Source: Cyclobacterium sp. (lineage in GTDB: Bacteria; Bacteroidota; Bacteroidia; Cytophagales; Cyclobacteriaceae). From it: 64,000 nucleotides of DNA. A model generated the notes under the pieces. That model saw only the letters and a program-made list of their open reading frames with translations. It did no database searches and was not told the origin of the DNA. The position numbers and the translations under genes were made by a program. Position 1 is the stretch's first letter. Every line of letters starts with the position of its first letter. The DNA lies in contig NZ_JABURL010000049.1 of NCBI RefSeq assembly GCF_014762705.1, forward strand, positions 621 through 64,620, read 5' to 3'. Of the stretch, positions 17,717 to 28,623 are shown piece after piece.

Positions 17717-20700
17717 ATGATTAGAATGAACAGATTTATTTTGCTTTCGGTGCCCTTCATGTTGGCACTTCATACGTCCATGGCCCAAAGCACACAGCAC
17801 CAAAGGGATGTTACATCCACCTTTCAGGATGCACTGGAATTATTCCAGAAAGACCAATTCGCCTCTTCCAAAGAAGCCTTTGAAAAATTAGATATTGACA
17901 CTGAGGGTGACGGAAGGTCTGTTGATGTGGCTTATTATATCGGTCTCAATTCACTCAGGGGAGATTTTCCCGAAGGGCCTACCGTGTTGGAAGCATTTAT
18001 TTTAGATTTTCCCGGACATCCTTTGAGTCATGATGCTGCCTGGGAACTGGGTAATTATTTTTTGGCCAAAAAAGACTACCGCAAAGCCATTTCAAATTTT
18101 AATTTGTTGCAAAATGTACCTCTCATGGAGGACAGGCATCCCGAATATCTTTTTAAAACCGGATACAGCTATTTTCAACTTAAAAATTATTCACAATCTA
18201 AATATTATTTTGAGCGGGCTAAAAGGTACAGGGGGCCTTTCCTGGCCAGTGCGTATTATTATTCCGGCTTTAGCTCTTTTAAGGAAAATGAATTTGACCT
18301 GGCCGTGGCAGACCTTAAAGAAGCCGGAAAATCCAGCGAATACAGTTTAAAGGTACCCTATATATTATCAGCCATTTATTACCAGCAGGATAAACTCGAC
18401 AGCCTGATCCGTTATGCCGCCCCGCTGGTGGACAAATCCGGATTGGAAAATAAAGCCCAGATTCACTTGTTACTGGCAGAAGCTTATTACAGTGACAGGA
18501 ATTTTTCCCAGGCAGCACTTCATTACCAGTCATTTCTGGGTGAGAAAAAGGGGCAGTTGTCCAGAGATCAGAAATACAAGGCGGGTGTGGCCAATTATGA
18601 AACAGCTCAATATGAGGCTTCCAGCAATTTTTTCAAAGATGTGGCCCTGGTAAATGATGACCTGGGCCAGGTATCAAGTTATTTTTTAGGTCATGCCTAC
18701 ATTCAACAGAAAAATTTACCCTTTGCGGCCAATAGCTTTAGTTCTGCTTATAAGATGGATTTCAAGCCTGGTATTAAGGAGGAGGCATTGTTTAACTATG
18801 CCAAAGTTAATTTGGAAATGGGCAAATTTCAGGAAGCCGTTTCCGGATTAGACAATTACCTGGAACAGTATCCCCGCGGGGAAAAGGTAAATGAGGCGGA
18901 AAGTTTATTAAGTGACGCTTTGATCAATACCAGTAACTACCTGCGGGCCATTTCCCATATAGAAGGCATGCAGCAAAAATCAGATCGGATCAAATCTGCC
19001 TATCAAAAGGTGGCATTTTATCAGGCGATGACCTATTTGCGGGATAACAATTATAACGGAACACTGGATCTCCTGAATAAATCCATGCGTTACCCTATGG
19101 ATAAAGGTCTGCTTTACCAAGCCCAATATTGGAAAGGGGAGGTCAACGCCATCCATAATAAACCGGATGCTGCCATACAGGCTTATGAACGTTTGTTGGC
19201 CATGAGCCCCCCTGGAAACGATCCAAGTCTAATAAAAGCACATTATGGATTGGGTTATGCTTATTTCAATGAAGGGCAATACGAAGAAGCAGAAACCCAG
19301 TTTAAAATTTATACCGATAAACTTAGAAATAATAATGAAAAGCAGCAATATGATGACGCCTTGCTAAGGTTGGGTGACGTCTATTATGTGCAAAAGAAAT
19401 TTGATGCTGCTTCTGCTACCTTCAGAAGGGCCGTAAATGAAAACAACCAGTTTAGCGACTATGCCTATTTCAGGGGAGGAGTGGTAGCCAATTTTCAGAA
19501 TGACAATACCGCTGCCATCCGGCAACTCGATCAGGTGATCAACAATTACCCCAACAGCCTTTATTGGGAAGATGCGGTTTTTCAAAAAGCCCAGATACAC
19601 ATGGAGGAACTCAATTACAGTCAGGGTAGAGAGGTCTTTTCCAGGTTAATTTCCTCCAAACCCAATAGCCCCTTTATTCCCTTCGCTCTGGAGGGAAGGG
19701 CGGTTGCCAATTATTCGCTTAAAGAATATGATAAAGCCATTGAAGATTATAAACAGATATTGAATCGCTTTCCCAATGCAAGTAATGGGGAAACAGCATT
19801 GGTGGGTTTACAGGAAAGCCTTTCCTTACAGGGAAGGTCTGAAGAATTTTCCACCTACCTTTCCGAATACCGCTCAACCAACCCCAGTAGCAGTAACCTT
19901 CAGAATGTGGAATTTGAAGCCGCAAAAAGCCTGGTTTTCAATCAGTCATTTGCACAAGCCATCAAAGCACTTGAAGGGTTCATGAGAAATTATCCCCAGG
20001 CTTCCCAGGTCCCTGAAGCCAAATTTTATTTGGGCGATGCCAATTTGAAAATGCAGCATGAGGACAAGGCATTGGCATTGTTTTATGAACTGGAAAATAC
20101 CACAGATGTAAATTTGAAAAACAGGGTGTTTCAAAAAATTGCTACCATTGAATTTGAAAGGGGTAATTTTTCCAAATCCATTCCCTATTTCCAGTTTACT
20201 GCGGATAATGCAAGAAGTATAGCAGAAGAATATGAAGCTTATTTTGGTCTGATGATTTCTCATTATGAAACAGAAAAATACCAAAGAGCTATTGATAATG
20301 CCGATAAGATCCTTGAATTGGGCAATATCACTCCCGATGCGGAGCCCAATGCCTGGCTGATCAAAGGGAAATCCCTTCAGGAGATCAATGACAGCTCAGG
20401 AGCAACAGAGGCCTTTCAGGCATTGGTGGAAAATTATAAAACCATTCAAGGGGCAGAAGGCCTGTATGAGCTGGCCCGCATGAAAACCGAGGCAGGTCAA
20501 TATACTGCTTCCAATGAATTGATTTTTGAGCGCTCACAGCCTTTCAGCCAGTATGATTACTGGTACGGGAAGCAATTTGTACAACTGGCTAAAAATTACC
20601 TGGCAATGGATGAAAAATTCCAGGCCAAAGCAACTTTGGAGTCCATCATAGAAAATTCGACTGACGCCGAAGTCAAAGGGGAGGCAGAAAAGTTATTAGC

Positions 20701-20725
20701 AACAATCAACGAAAGCGGAGAATGA
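17717..20725 (+). CDS. large secreted tetratricopeptide repeat protein
   Basis: Signal peptide and about 1000 aa of TPR-like repeats. It begins within a few nt of the holA stop. Confidence 0.7.
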   Translation: MIRMNRFILLSVPFMLALHTSMAQSTQHQRDVTSTFQDALELFQKDQFASSKEAFEKLDIDTEGDGRSVDVAYYIGLNSLRGDFPEGPTVLEAFILDFPGHPLSHDAAWELGNYFLAKKDYRKAISNFNLLQNVPLMEDRHPEYLFKTGYSYFQLKNYSQSKYYFERAKRYRGPFLASAYYYSGFSSFKENEFDLAVADLKEAGKSSEYSLKVPYILSAIYYQQDKLDSLIRYAAPLVDKSGLENKAQIHLLLAEAYYSDRNFSQAALHYQSFLGEKKGQLSRDQKYKAGVANYETAQYEASSNFFKDVALVNDDLGQVSSYFLGHAYIQQKNLPFAANSFSSAYKMDFKPGIKEEALFNYAKVNLEMGKFQEAVSGLDNYLEQYPRGEKVNEAESLLSDALINTSNYLRAISHIEGMQQKSDRIKSAYQKVAFYQAMTYLRDNNYNGTLDLLNKSMRYPMDKGLLYQAQYWKGEVNAIHNKPDAAIQAYERLLAMSPPGNDPSLIKAHYGLGYAYFNEGQYEEAETQFKIYTDKLRNNNEKQQYDDALLRLGDVYYVQKKFDAASATFRRAVNENNQFSDYAYFRGGVVANFQNDNTAAIRQLDQVINNYPNSLYWEDAVFQKAQIHMEELNYSQGREVFSRLISSKPNSPFIPFALEGRAVANYSLKEYDKAIEDYKQILNRFPNASNGETALVGLQESLSLQGRSEEFSTYLSEYRSTNPSSSNLQNVEFEAAKSLVFNQSFAQAIKALEGFMRNYPQASQVPEAKFYLGDANLKMQHEDKALALFYELENTTDVNLKNRVFQKIATIEFERGNFSKSIPYFQFTADNARSIAEEYEAYFGLMISHYETEKYQRAIDNADKILELGNITPDAEPNAWLIKGKSLQEINDSSGATEAFQALVENYKTIQGAEGLYELARMKTEAGQYTASNELIFERSQPFSQYDYWYGKQFVQLAKNYLAMDEKFQAKATLESIIENSTDAEVKGEAEKLLATINESGE

Positions 20726-22401
20726 ATCAGATAAAATCGTTTTTTGTAGGATGCACCCTGTTGGGGATGTTAGTTTCAAGCCTGGCAAAGGGGCAGGACC
20801 AGCAGGAGCCAGACCGGGGAGAAATCAGGGATACCGAATTCATTATCCGGAAAGACAGGGTATTGAGCCTACCCAGGAAATCAAGGGTTTTTGAAAAAAG
20901 CCCGGTTCTTCCTCCGGTAGCGGCAACCACTAATTACAATTACCAGGTAAAGGATTTCTTTTTTCCCCTGGAACCGGTTGTTTTGGAAACCCAGGCCTTT
21001 CAAAAACCGCTTCCATTGCCTGTATATGACCAAACACTGGGTCGCGCCAAACTTGGATTTGGAAATTATTCCTCCCCATTACTGCAGCTTGATATACATA
21101 ATTTACCAGATCCTGAAAAATCCTATGGCCTGCATTTGAAGCACCAGGGTTTTTATACAGGGCCCGTGGATGGGGAAAATTCTGCAGAAGATCATACAGA
21201 AGTAGGATTGAGCGGCAGTTTGTACAAGGATTTTGTAGAAATTTATGGCAACCTGGATTTTCAGAGAGACATGTATCATTTTTATGGCTACACCCCTGAT
21301 CCCGAAATAACCATACCTTCAGATAGTATCAAACAAGTTTTTAATACGCTCAAAACTACTGTAGGGATCAAAAGAATTGATCAATCTGAGCCATTTGATT
21401 ATGGTGCCAGTCTTTCATTGAGGTTATTCAATGACCGGTATGAGGCCAGGGAAACCGAAACACTGGTAAAAGTACGGGCTCTTTTCAGGGCCAATGAAAA
21501 CCTTAAGGGCGGAATAACGTCCCAACTTGCTTTTACCTCTCCAACGGATGTTAATTATGAAGCGATCAACAGAAACTATTTCAAATTGCATCCTTATGCC
21601 ACGTATATCAAAGATGGAATCCATGTAAAAATCGGTGCCAATGTAATCCATGAAAATGATATTGTCCCGAATAAACTGAAAGAATTTTACGTTTTTCCGT
21701 CGGTTTCTCTTTCGTATCATCTGGTGCCTGCCTTTGGGATTTATGCCGGATATGAAGGCGATGTAAAACGAAACACCTATTTTGATTTTGTACGGGAAAA
21801 TCCTTTTTTGGGTCCTTCCGAACAACTCAGAAATACAGTGCAAAATTTTCAGGTTGATGCGGGGATTTCAGGAAAAGCCAATGATGAAGCCAATTACAAG
21901 GCAGGGTTCAGGTATGGGGATTTCACCAATATGCATTTTTATGGTAACAATGTCGCAGACAGTACCAGGTTTCAGCTTATTTATGACAACAATACCAGGG
22001 TTTTGGAATACCATGCCGCATTGGATTATAAATTTGATCTATATTACCAGCTGCAGGCAACAGCCCATTATTACCAATACACCCTTGATGAAATATCCAC
22101 TGCATGGCATAGGCCAGAATGGAAAATTCAGATCAACAATACCTTTACACCGAATGAGCAATGGACGCTTCACGCCAACCTGAATGCGATGGGGGGGATT
22201 CAGGCCATTAATCTGGCTACTGACAGACAGCGAAAATTGGATCCGATTTTGGATTTACACGTGAGTGTGGATTATGCATTTACAAGCAGATTTTCAGCCT
22301 TTATTCAAGGAAACAACTTATTGAACCAATCCTACGAACGATTCAATTACTATCCGGTGAGGGCCATACAAGTTCTGGGTGGAATCGGATTTAAATTCTG
22401 A
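20722..22401 (+). CDS. putative outer-membrane beta-barrel protein
   Basis: Signal peptide, alternating beta-strand pattern and a C-terminal aromatic residue (GGIGFKF). Its start overlaps the upstream TPR gene stop as ATGA. Confidence 0.55.
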   Translation: MNQIKSFFVGCTLLGMLVSSLAKGQDQQEPDRGEIRDTEFIIRKDRVLSLPRKSRVFEKSPVLPPVAATTNYNYQVKDFFFPLEPVVLETQAFQKPLPLPVYDQTLGRAKLGFGNYSSPLLQLDIHNLPDPEKSYGLHLKHQGFYTGPVDGENSAEDHTEVGLSGSLYKDFVEIYGNLDFQRDMYHFYGYTPDPEITIPSDSIKQVFNTLKTTVGIKRIDQSEPFDYGASLSLRLFNDRYEARETETLVKVRALFRANENLKGGITSQLAFTSPTDVNYEAINRNYFKLHPYATYIKDGIHVKIGANVIHENDIVPNKLKEFYVFPSVSLSYHLVPAFGIYAGYEGDVKRNTYFDFVRENPFLGPSEQLRNTVQNFQVDAGISGKANDEANYKAGFRYGDFTNMHFYGNNVADSTRFQLIYDNNTRVLEYHAALDYKFDLYYQLQATAHYYQYTLDEISTAWHRPEWKIQINNTFTPNEQWTLHANLNAMGGIQAINLATDRQRKLDPILDLHVSVDYAFTSRFSAFIQGNNLLNQSYERFNYYPVRAIQVLGGIGFKF

Positions 22402-22535
22402 TAAATTCGATATTATAAAAGCTACAGCAAATTTGCAGTTAGTATTGAAGGTAATTATTCTTTAATAATTTGATGCAATATTGGCGATTTGAAGGTTTTA
22501 CTTTAGCTTAGCGGATTAAATCAACCATTTTTGAG

Positions 22536-23216
22536 ATGTCTGAAAATAAATCCAAGGATCATAACAGCCAATCCGATAATGATGAGGACTTTGGGCTTCC
22601 ACCGGTAAATGTAAGCCCATTAAAAAGAGATGCACCAAAGGCTGTTGTACCCGAGCAGGCCGCACCCTTAACCCATGAAGCAAGTACACCCGGGTCTGGT
22701 ACAACATCCAGCCCTGGAAAGAAAGAAAAAAAGGACCGTACCAATTGGGTGATTTTGTTCATTTTGCTTTTCATTTTTATCATTGGATATGGTGTATACC
22801 ATTTCGGTCTTTTGGATGATTTCAACAGGAATACCCCAGATACCGCTTCAGAAGAAACTACAGCTCCGGCCATGGAAAGGCCCGATCCTGAACCAAGCCC
22901 TGAACCGGAGGAATCCATTGCCGAAACAGAGGAACAAGAAGAACCGCCAACACCACAGCTTACAGAAATTGAAGGTAGAGAAGGCCAACCCAGGTATTTT
23001 TTGGTAGTGGGGAGCTTCATTGATGATGACCTTGCCAGAGATTATTCCAACCGACTCAATAATTCCGGATTAAATACGTTTTTGGTTCATCCCTACGGCA
23101 ATATTCATTTTTACCGGCTGGCTGTTGGGCAATATGAAAATTTAGATCTGGCATTGGAGGCCATGGAATCCTCTCAAAATGATTATGAAGAAAACTTATG
23201 GGTTTTGAAATACTAA
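22536..23216 (+). CDS. SPOR domain protein with an acidic/Pro-rich linker and one TM segment
   Basis: The C-terminal YFLVVGSF...ARDYSNRL...YRLAVGQYENLDLA matches the SPOR fold pattern. A TM helix WVILFILLFIFIIGYGVY is present. Confidence 0.7.
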   Translation: MSENKSKDHNSQSDNDEDFGLPPVNVSPLKRDAPKAVVPEQAAPLTHEASTPGSGTTSSPGKKEKKDRTNWVILFILLFIFIIGYGVYHFGLLDDFNRNTPDTASEETTAPAMERPDPEPSPEPEESIAETEEQEEPPTPQLTEIEGREGQPRYFLVVGSFIDDDLARDYSNRLNNSGLNTFLVHPYGNIHFYRLAVGQYENLDLALEAMESSQNDYEENLWVLKY

Positions 23217-23217
23217 T

Positions 23218-23919
23218 ATGATCTTATTACAAACTTTGTCAACAGCTGACGGACAGCAAGCAGTGGATTCCCTTGCCTTAATGGAAGGGAATGGATCAAC
23301 GGATATTGGGTTATTGGAATTATTGATAAAAGGAGGGTACATGATGATACCCCTTTATCTTTTATTCATTTTAGCCATCTTTATTTTTGTTGAGCGCGTA
23401 CTTACACTTAAAAAGGCTTCTAAAACACCTAAAGGGATGATCGATCAGGTCAAAATGATGGTGCAAAGTGGCAATATTGAACAGGCAAAAATGATTTGCC
23501 AGGGGGAAGAAACTCCGGTAGCCCATATGATCGCTAAAGGATTGGAAAGAATCGGGAGTCCTTTGAAAAACATTGAAGTAGCCATAGAGAATGTAGGAAA
23601 AATAGAAATATACAAATTGGAGAAAAACCTGGGACTTCTCGCGACAGTTTCAGGAGCAGCACCTATGATAGGCTTTCTGGGCACAGTGGCTGGGATGATC
23701 AGGGCCTTTATCGGAGTAGCTCAGGAGGAAGGGATGGTTTCTCCCAAACTTTTGTCTACGGGGATCTATGAAGCCATGATTACCACTGCAACCGGCCTGG
23801 TAGTTGGTATAGTTGCTTATTTAGGTTACAATTATTTGGTTACCCAGGTATCCAAATTGATCCACAACATGGAATATACCACCATAGAATTTATCGATTT
23901 ACTTCAGGATAAGAAATAA
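23218..23919 (+). CDS. exbB: MotA/TolQ/ExbB proton-channel family protein
   Basis: Three TM helices with the conserved APMIGFLGTVAGMI and AMITTATGL motifs. Confidence 0.85.
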   Translation: MILLQTLSTADGQQAVDSLALMEGNGSTDIGLLELLIKGGYMMIPLYLLFILAIFIFVERVLTLKKASKTPKGMIDQVKMMVQSGNIEQAKMICQGEETPVAHMIAKGLERIGSPLKNIEVAIENVGKIEIYKLEKNLGLLATVSGAAPMIGFLGTVAGMIRAFIGVAQEEGMVSPKLLSTGIYEAMITTATGLVVGIVAYLGYNYLVTQVSKLIHNMEYTTIEFIDLLQDKK

Positions 23920-23920
23920 A

Positions 23921-24313
23921 ATGGCTTTACAATCTAAAAATAAAATAGAAGCGGCCTTCAGCATGTCCTCCATGACGGATATCATTTTCCTTTTGCTGAT
24001 ATTTTTTATGCTCACCTCTTCCTTTATCACTCCTTCCGGATTGCCGGTAAACCTTCCCTCAAGCGAAAGTTCGGATATAGTGATGCAGGAAATTACCGTC
24101 AGTATTACAAAAGACCTGAGGTATGCGGTCAATGACCGGCAAGTGAATAGAAATGAAATTAAAAGTGAACTTACTGCGTTACTAAATAAAAATAAAGGAT
24201 ATGTGGTTTTGCATATCGATAAGGAAGTGCCAGTGGAATACCTGGTAGAGATAGGAGGTATTGCCGCCGCATTGGAAGCCAATGTCACCATAGCAACGCA
24301 ACCATTTAAATAA
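23921..24313 (+). CDS. exbD: ExbD/TolR biopolymer transport protein
   Basis: N-terminal MTDIIFLLLIFFM TM helix followed by a periplasmic domain. It lies immediately after exbB. Confidence 0.85.
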   Translation: MALQSKNKIEAAFSMSSMTDIIFLLLIFFMLTSSFITPSGLPVNLPSSESSDIVMQEITVSITKDLRYAVNDRQVNRNEIKSELTALLNKNKGYVVLHIDKEVPVEYLVEIGGIAAALEANVTIATQPFK

Positions 24314-24316
24314 ATC

Positions 24317-25270
24317 ATGGAAGTTTGGGAAGACCAAAGGGAAGAAGCAACCACTAAAAGAAAGGCCATCATCATTACATTCATCATGAATGTGTTGTTA
24401 TTGGCCGGTATTTATTTTATTGTGGTTTGGAAGCAGCCGGTTCCTCCCATGTCTCAATTTGGGCTGGAATTGAATCTGGGCTTCTCTGACCTGGGAAGTG
24501 GTGAAAACCAAACCACAACGGCACCTTCCAGTAGCGAAGAACCTGCCACTGAGGCAGCTGCCCCGGGCGAACCGGCTCCCCAACCTTCAGAAAACATAGT
24601 ACCGGCAAGTCCTCCGCAGTCCAACCCAGCTCAGGATACACCAAAACCAAGTCAGCCTCAGGTACAGGCTCAATCCAATGTTCCCAGTCCGGTTAAAGCC
24701 GAAGAACAACCCAAGGAGGCAAAGGAGCTTCCAAAAGAAACTACTGAGCAACCAACAGCGTCTCCTGAAAATCAGGTAAAGAATGAGCCTACTCCGGAAA
24801 AGGTAGAAGAAAAAAAACCTACTGTTGATCCCAGGGCCATTTTCGGAGCTGGCGGTACCAAAGGTTCTTCCAATCAACCCGCCACCGGAAGTCAGCAAGG
24901 CGAGTCCAGTCAAAGGGGCGATGAAGGTAATCCCCAGGGTACAGTAGACGGCCGGTCAATCCTGCAATCCGGTAGGGGTAATACAGGGGATGGTTCAGGG
25001 TATAACCTGGATCTGGCAGGTTGGGATTTTGCTTCCAGACCCAATATTCAGGACAACTTGTCCAATAGAAATGGAAAGATTGTTTTTCGGATTACGGTAA
25101 ACGACGACGGCAGAATTGTTCAAGCGATTCCACTTGAATATAATGTCAGCAATGAAGTCTTGAATTATTACCGCACAGTGGTCAATGGATTGTCCTTTAA
25201 ACGGCAGAGTGGAAACCCCACCGCTGAATATTCTACCGGAAGAATTACTTTTATTATACGGGTTGACTAA
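24317..25270 (+). CDS. TonB-like energy transducer with a long Pro/Glu/Gln-rich linker
   Basis: N-terminal TM helix, about 150 aa of low-complexity P/E/Q/K linker, and a compact C-terminal domain (GKIVFRITVNDDGRIV). It follows exbBD. Confidence 0.65.
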   Translation: MEVWEDQREEATTKRKAIIITFIMNVLLLAGIYFIVVWKQPVPPMSQFGLELNLGFSDLGSGENQTTTAPSSSEEPATEAAAPGEPAPQPSENIVPASPPQSNPAQDTPKPSQPQVQAQSNVPSPVKAEEQPKEAKELPKETTEQPTASPENQVKNEPTPEKVEEKKPTVDPRAIFGAGGTKGSSNQPATGSQQGESSQRGDEGNPQGTVDGRSILQSGRGNTGDGSGYNLDLAGWDFASRPNIQDNLSNRNGKIVFRITVNDDGRIVQAIPLEYNVSNEVLNYYRTVVNGLSFKRQSGNPTAEYSTGRITFIIRVD

Positions 25271-25279
25271 GTTGAATCC

Positions 25280-26584
25280 ATGAATTATCAGGAATCCCTT
25301 GACTTTTTATACCATGCCCTTCCCATGTTTCAGCGGGTTGGTGCACCTGCTTTCAAAAAAGATCTCAGCAATACCCTGAAGCTTTGTGAAAGGCTGGGGA
25401 ATCCTCAAAATAAATTTAAAAGCATTCATATCGCAGGCACCAATGGAAAGGGTAGCTCGGCACATGCCCTTGCAGCTGTTCTGCAGGAGGCTGGGTACAA
25501 AACTGGTTTGTATACCTCGCCACATTTGAAATCATTCCGTGAAAGAATTAAAATCAATGGAATAGAAATCCCTGAAAGCGAAGTAATTGCTTTTGTGGAG
25601 GACCATCAATCTTACCTGTCAGCATTGAAGCCCAGCTTTTTTGAGATGACCGTTGCACTGGCATTTGATTATTTTTCAAAGGAAAAAGTTGACATTGCCG
25701 TCATAGAAACAGGGATGGGGGGACGATTTGACAGTACCAATGTGATCCTACCCATCCTCAGCCTGATTACCAATATAGGCATGGACCACATGCAATTCCT
25801 GGGCAATACCCTGGATAAAATCGCTTTTGAAAAAGCGGGTATCATCAAAGCCGGGGTACCTGTCATTATAGGGGAAACTCATCCCCAGACGGCACCTGTT
25901 TTTAAGAAAAAGGCCGAAGAAAACCATTCTCCGATCTGTTTTGCAGACCAATCTGTAATAGTGACATTTGATGGAGTGGACCAAATAGCCGACCAGGATT
26001 TTAAAGCAACCTATCAAATACAGCCAGCTTTTGGAAAACTCAGGACGATCACCCTTGATTTGCTGGGGAAATACCAGATGAAAAACCTTCCTGCTATCCT
26101 TAAATCTCTGGAGCGACTGAAGGAAATGGGTATGGACATCAGGGATGAAGATATAGCAGAAGGCTTGTCAAAAATAAAGGTTAACACCGGATTAAAGGGG
26201 CGTTGGCAAATATTAGGAAAAAATCCTTTAACCATCTGTGATACAGGTCACAATACAGATGGATTTAACTCAATATTTGCACAACTTAATGAATTTAATC
26301 CGGAAAAGCTTTTTCTGGTGCTTGGTATGGTTGAGGACAAAGATCATGACCAGATTCTTGCTCTTTTACCAAAGGATGCCGTCTATATCTTTTGTCAGGC
26401 GGACCAACCCAGGTCCCTTCCTGCGGAAAAATTGATGGAGAAGGCAAGAAGTCATGGATTAAGGGGAACAAGTATACCCGATGTCAACCAGGCGCTGGCA
26501 TTCGCCAGGGAAAAGGCAGGTAGCAGCGATTTGATTTTTATTGGTGGGAGTACATTCGTGGTAGCAGAATTAAATGAGTTATAA
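25280..26584 (+). CDS. folC: bifunctional folylpolyglutamate synthase / dihydrofolate synthase
   Basis: HIAGTNGKGS P-loop, and ETGMGGRFDSTN, which is typical of Mur-ligase-family FolC. Confidence 0.9.
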   Translation: MNYQESLDFLYHALPMFQRVGAPAFKKDLSNTLKLCERLGNPQNKFKSIHIAGTNGKGSSAHALAAVLQEAGYKTGLYTSPHLKSFRERIKINGIEIPESEVIAFVEDHQSYLSALKPSFFEMTVALAFDYFSKEKVDIAVIETGMGGRFDSTNVILPILSLITNIGMDHMQFLGNTLDKIAFEKAGIIKAGVPVIIGETHPQTAPVFKKKAEENHSPICFADQSVIVTFDGVDQIADQDFKATYQIQPAFGKLRTITLDLLGKYQMKNLPAILKSLERLKEMGMDIRDEDIAEGLSKIKVNTGLKGRWQILGKNPLTICDTGHNTDGFNSIFAQLNEFNPEKLFLVLGMVEDKDHDQILALLPKDAVYIFCQADQPRSLPAEKLMEKARSHGLRGTSIPDVNQALAFAREKAGSSDLIFIGGSTFVVAELNEL

Positions 26585-26589
26585 ATAGT

Positions 26590-27255
26590 ATGGGAAGAAA
26601 AAAATTAGAACGATTCCGGCAAAATGAAGCCAATCCCCATGTGGTACAAGCCGGAAAGGAGATCTTTGAAACAATAAAAGGAAATTGGAAAACCCTGCAA
26701 TTTCAAAATGACCATCCTTTGGTAGTGGAGCTGGCATGTGGAAGGGGGGAGTTTACGGTAGGGCTAGCCCGTCAATACCAGGAGAAAAATTTTATAGGCG
26801 TGGATATCAAAGGATCCAGAATTTGGAAAGGAAGCAGCCAGGCCTATGCAGAGGGGCTGCAGAATGCTGCATTTCTACGTACCCAAATTGAATTATTGGA
26901 ACAGTTTTTTGCCCCCGGGGAAATCAATGAATTGTGGATCACCTTTCCCGATCCCAGACCCAGGGATGGTGATGAAAGAAAAAGGCTGACTTCACCAAGG
27001 TTTCTGGATATTTACAAAAAATTGATGGCAAGGGCTGGGAATATTCACTTAAAAACCGACAATACAGGGCTGTTTACCTATACCGCAGAGGTACTTTCTT
27101 CCAGGCCTGATATCCGGATCATCCGAAAAACAGCGGATTTTTACTTTTCTGAATGGAAAGATGAACACCATGGTATCATGACCCGTTATGAAAGCATGTT
27201 TATGGAAAAAGGGGAAACCATCAAGTACCTGGAGTTTTGTTTCACAGAAAGCTAA
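26590..27255 (+). CDS. trmB: tRNA (guanine46-N7)-methyltransferase
   Basis: VELACGRGEF SAM motif and FPDPRPR, the TrmB signature. Confidence 0.9.
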   Translation: MGRKKLERFRQNEANPHVVQAGKEIFETIKGNWKTLQFQNDHPLVVELACGRGEFTVGLARQYQEKNFIGVDIKGSRIWKGSSQAYAEGLQNAAFLRTQIELLEQFFAPGEINELWITFPDPRPRDGDERKRLTSPRFLDIYKKLMARAGNIHLKTDNTGLFTYTAEVLSSRPDIRIIRKTADFYFSEWKDEHHGIMTRYESMFMEKGETIKYLEFCFTES

Positions 27256-27881
27256 TCCTCTACTTCAAGGGCTTCCAGAATATCCGCCAATTCGTCAAAA
27301 TCTTTGATCCCGGGGCTGATCTCATGCCCCCCTTTCATACTGATTCCCCTGACTCCGGTGTAATTCAGGATTTCCTCAACATTATTCTCATCAAATCCAA
27401 AACCCAGCAGAACTTCACAGCTTTCAGAAAGTTCCTTAATGTGATTCCATTCTTCTTTCTGCAATTGTATTGAGCCTTCTGCCTCCAGGTTCAGCATTAC
27501 TTTATGAGTATCCAGGCTTTTTGAAAAAGAAAGGATATCTTCCCAATCCCCAACCTCTTGAATGGTGTAATTGTAAATAAGCCCATAACCAGAATTTTGT
27601 AGGAGTTGTAAGTGAAATTTTTCTTTTACCTGGATGTAGTCAAACCCCTCATATTGCTGGAGCGTTTCTAAAATTTGATCCGGGTGGCTGATATGAAACT
27701 CTGCCACATACTTCAGTCCTGACAACCAATCTGTGATCTCTTTGAATGCTGTGGGAGAAACATAGTATTCGCTATTTTCCTCCAGGGAAAACCCCATCAG
27801 GTTTACATACATGCCTGCACAATACCTGGCATCGCTGAGGTTATTCACATTACTTATCTTCACAAAAGTTTTTAAAGCCAT
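27252..27881 (-). CDS. phosphoribosylanthranilate isomerase-like (TIM-barrel) protein
   Basis: The N-terminal VKISNVNNLSDARYCAG resembles the PRAI K(I/V)CG..DA motif. It is divergent and not in a trp operon. Confidence 0.45.
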   Translation of the reverse strand: MALKTFVKISNVNNLSDARYCAGMYVNLMGFSLEENSEYYVSPTAFKEITDWLSGLKYVAEFHISHPDQILETLQQYEGFDYIQVKEKFHLQLLQNSGYGLIYNYTIQEVGDWEDILSFSKSLDTHKVMLNLEAEGSIQLQKEEWNHIKELSESCEVLLGFGFDENNVEEILNYTGVRGISMKGGHEISPGIKDFDELADILEALEVED

Positions 27882-27933
27882 TTTATTTTAGGGTAATATT
27901 TGCGTAATTTTCACGGGAATTCAAAGATAGAGA

Positions 27934-28623
27934 ATGTATATTTTGTTTAAAAGGCAGCCCTTCCTTCTGTGCTTGATTTTTATAGCCAGTTGTGAAATAC
28001 AACGGGAGGAACCGCAAGGAATTTCTTCTCCATTTTATCCACTATCAGTGGGTAATTTTTGGGAATACAGGGTTGCAGAGACAGTTTATTTTGGAGAAAA
28101 TGATTCTGAATCCCAAACTTTTTATTTTAGAGATGAAATGGTAGGTCAATATCTCAACGCAGAGAATGAGCTGGTGTATAAAATCCAAAGGCAATCTTCA
28201 ACGGATAGAAACAATTGGGCAAATGAAAGGGTCTATACCCTGTCTTTTAGTAAAAACCGCATCATTCGTCATTACAACAACCTTCAGGAAATCGTTTTGG
28301 TATATCCTTTGGGAATAGGTATGGAATGGGATGGAAATGCATTGAATAACGTTCCAAAACAGACTTTTTCGGTGGAAAGGCTGGGAGATTATATTTTGGA
28401 AAATTTGAGTTTCCCAGAGACGGTGACTGTCCGTCAAAGTGAAGAAGACGACCTGATTACCATAAGGGATAACAGGTATGAAGTCTTTGCGAAAGATATC
28501 GGTTTGGTCGAAAGTTACCATGAAGTGTTCAGGTATTGTTCCCGAAATGATTGCCTGGGAGAACAAATCATTCAGGAAGGCCGTTTTACTCATCTAAAAC
28601 TGATTGACTATGGCCAAGGGTAA
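27934..28623 (+). CDS. hypothetical lipoprotein
   Basis: Lipobox-like LIFIASC, a coding-like 229-aa ORF, and an overlap with the next gene. Confidence 0.5.
   Translation: MYILFKRQPFLLCLIFIASCEIQREEPQGISSPFYPLSVGNFWEYRVAETVYFGENDSESQTFYFRDEMVGQYLNAENELVYKIQRQSSTDRNNWANERVYTLSFSKNRIIRHYNNLQEIVLVYPLGIGMEWDGNALNNVPKQTFSVERLGDYILENLSFPETVTVRQSEEDDLITIRDNRYEVFAKDIGLVESYHEVFRYCSRNDCLGEQIIQEGRFTHLKLIDYGQG

Noticed and set aside
22559-23020. 153-aa minus-strand ORF, and similar ORFs at 24398-24913
   Set aside because: These are antisense to the Pro/Glu/Ser-rich linkers of the SPOR and TonB-like proteins. Low-complexity sequence keeps several frames open.
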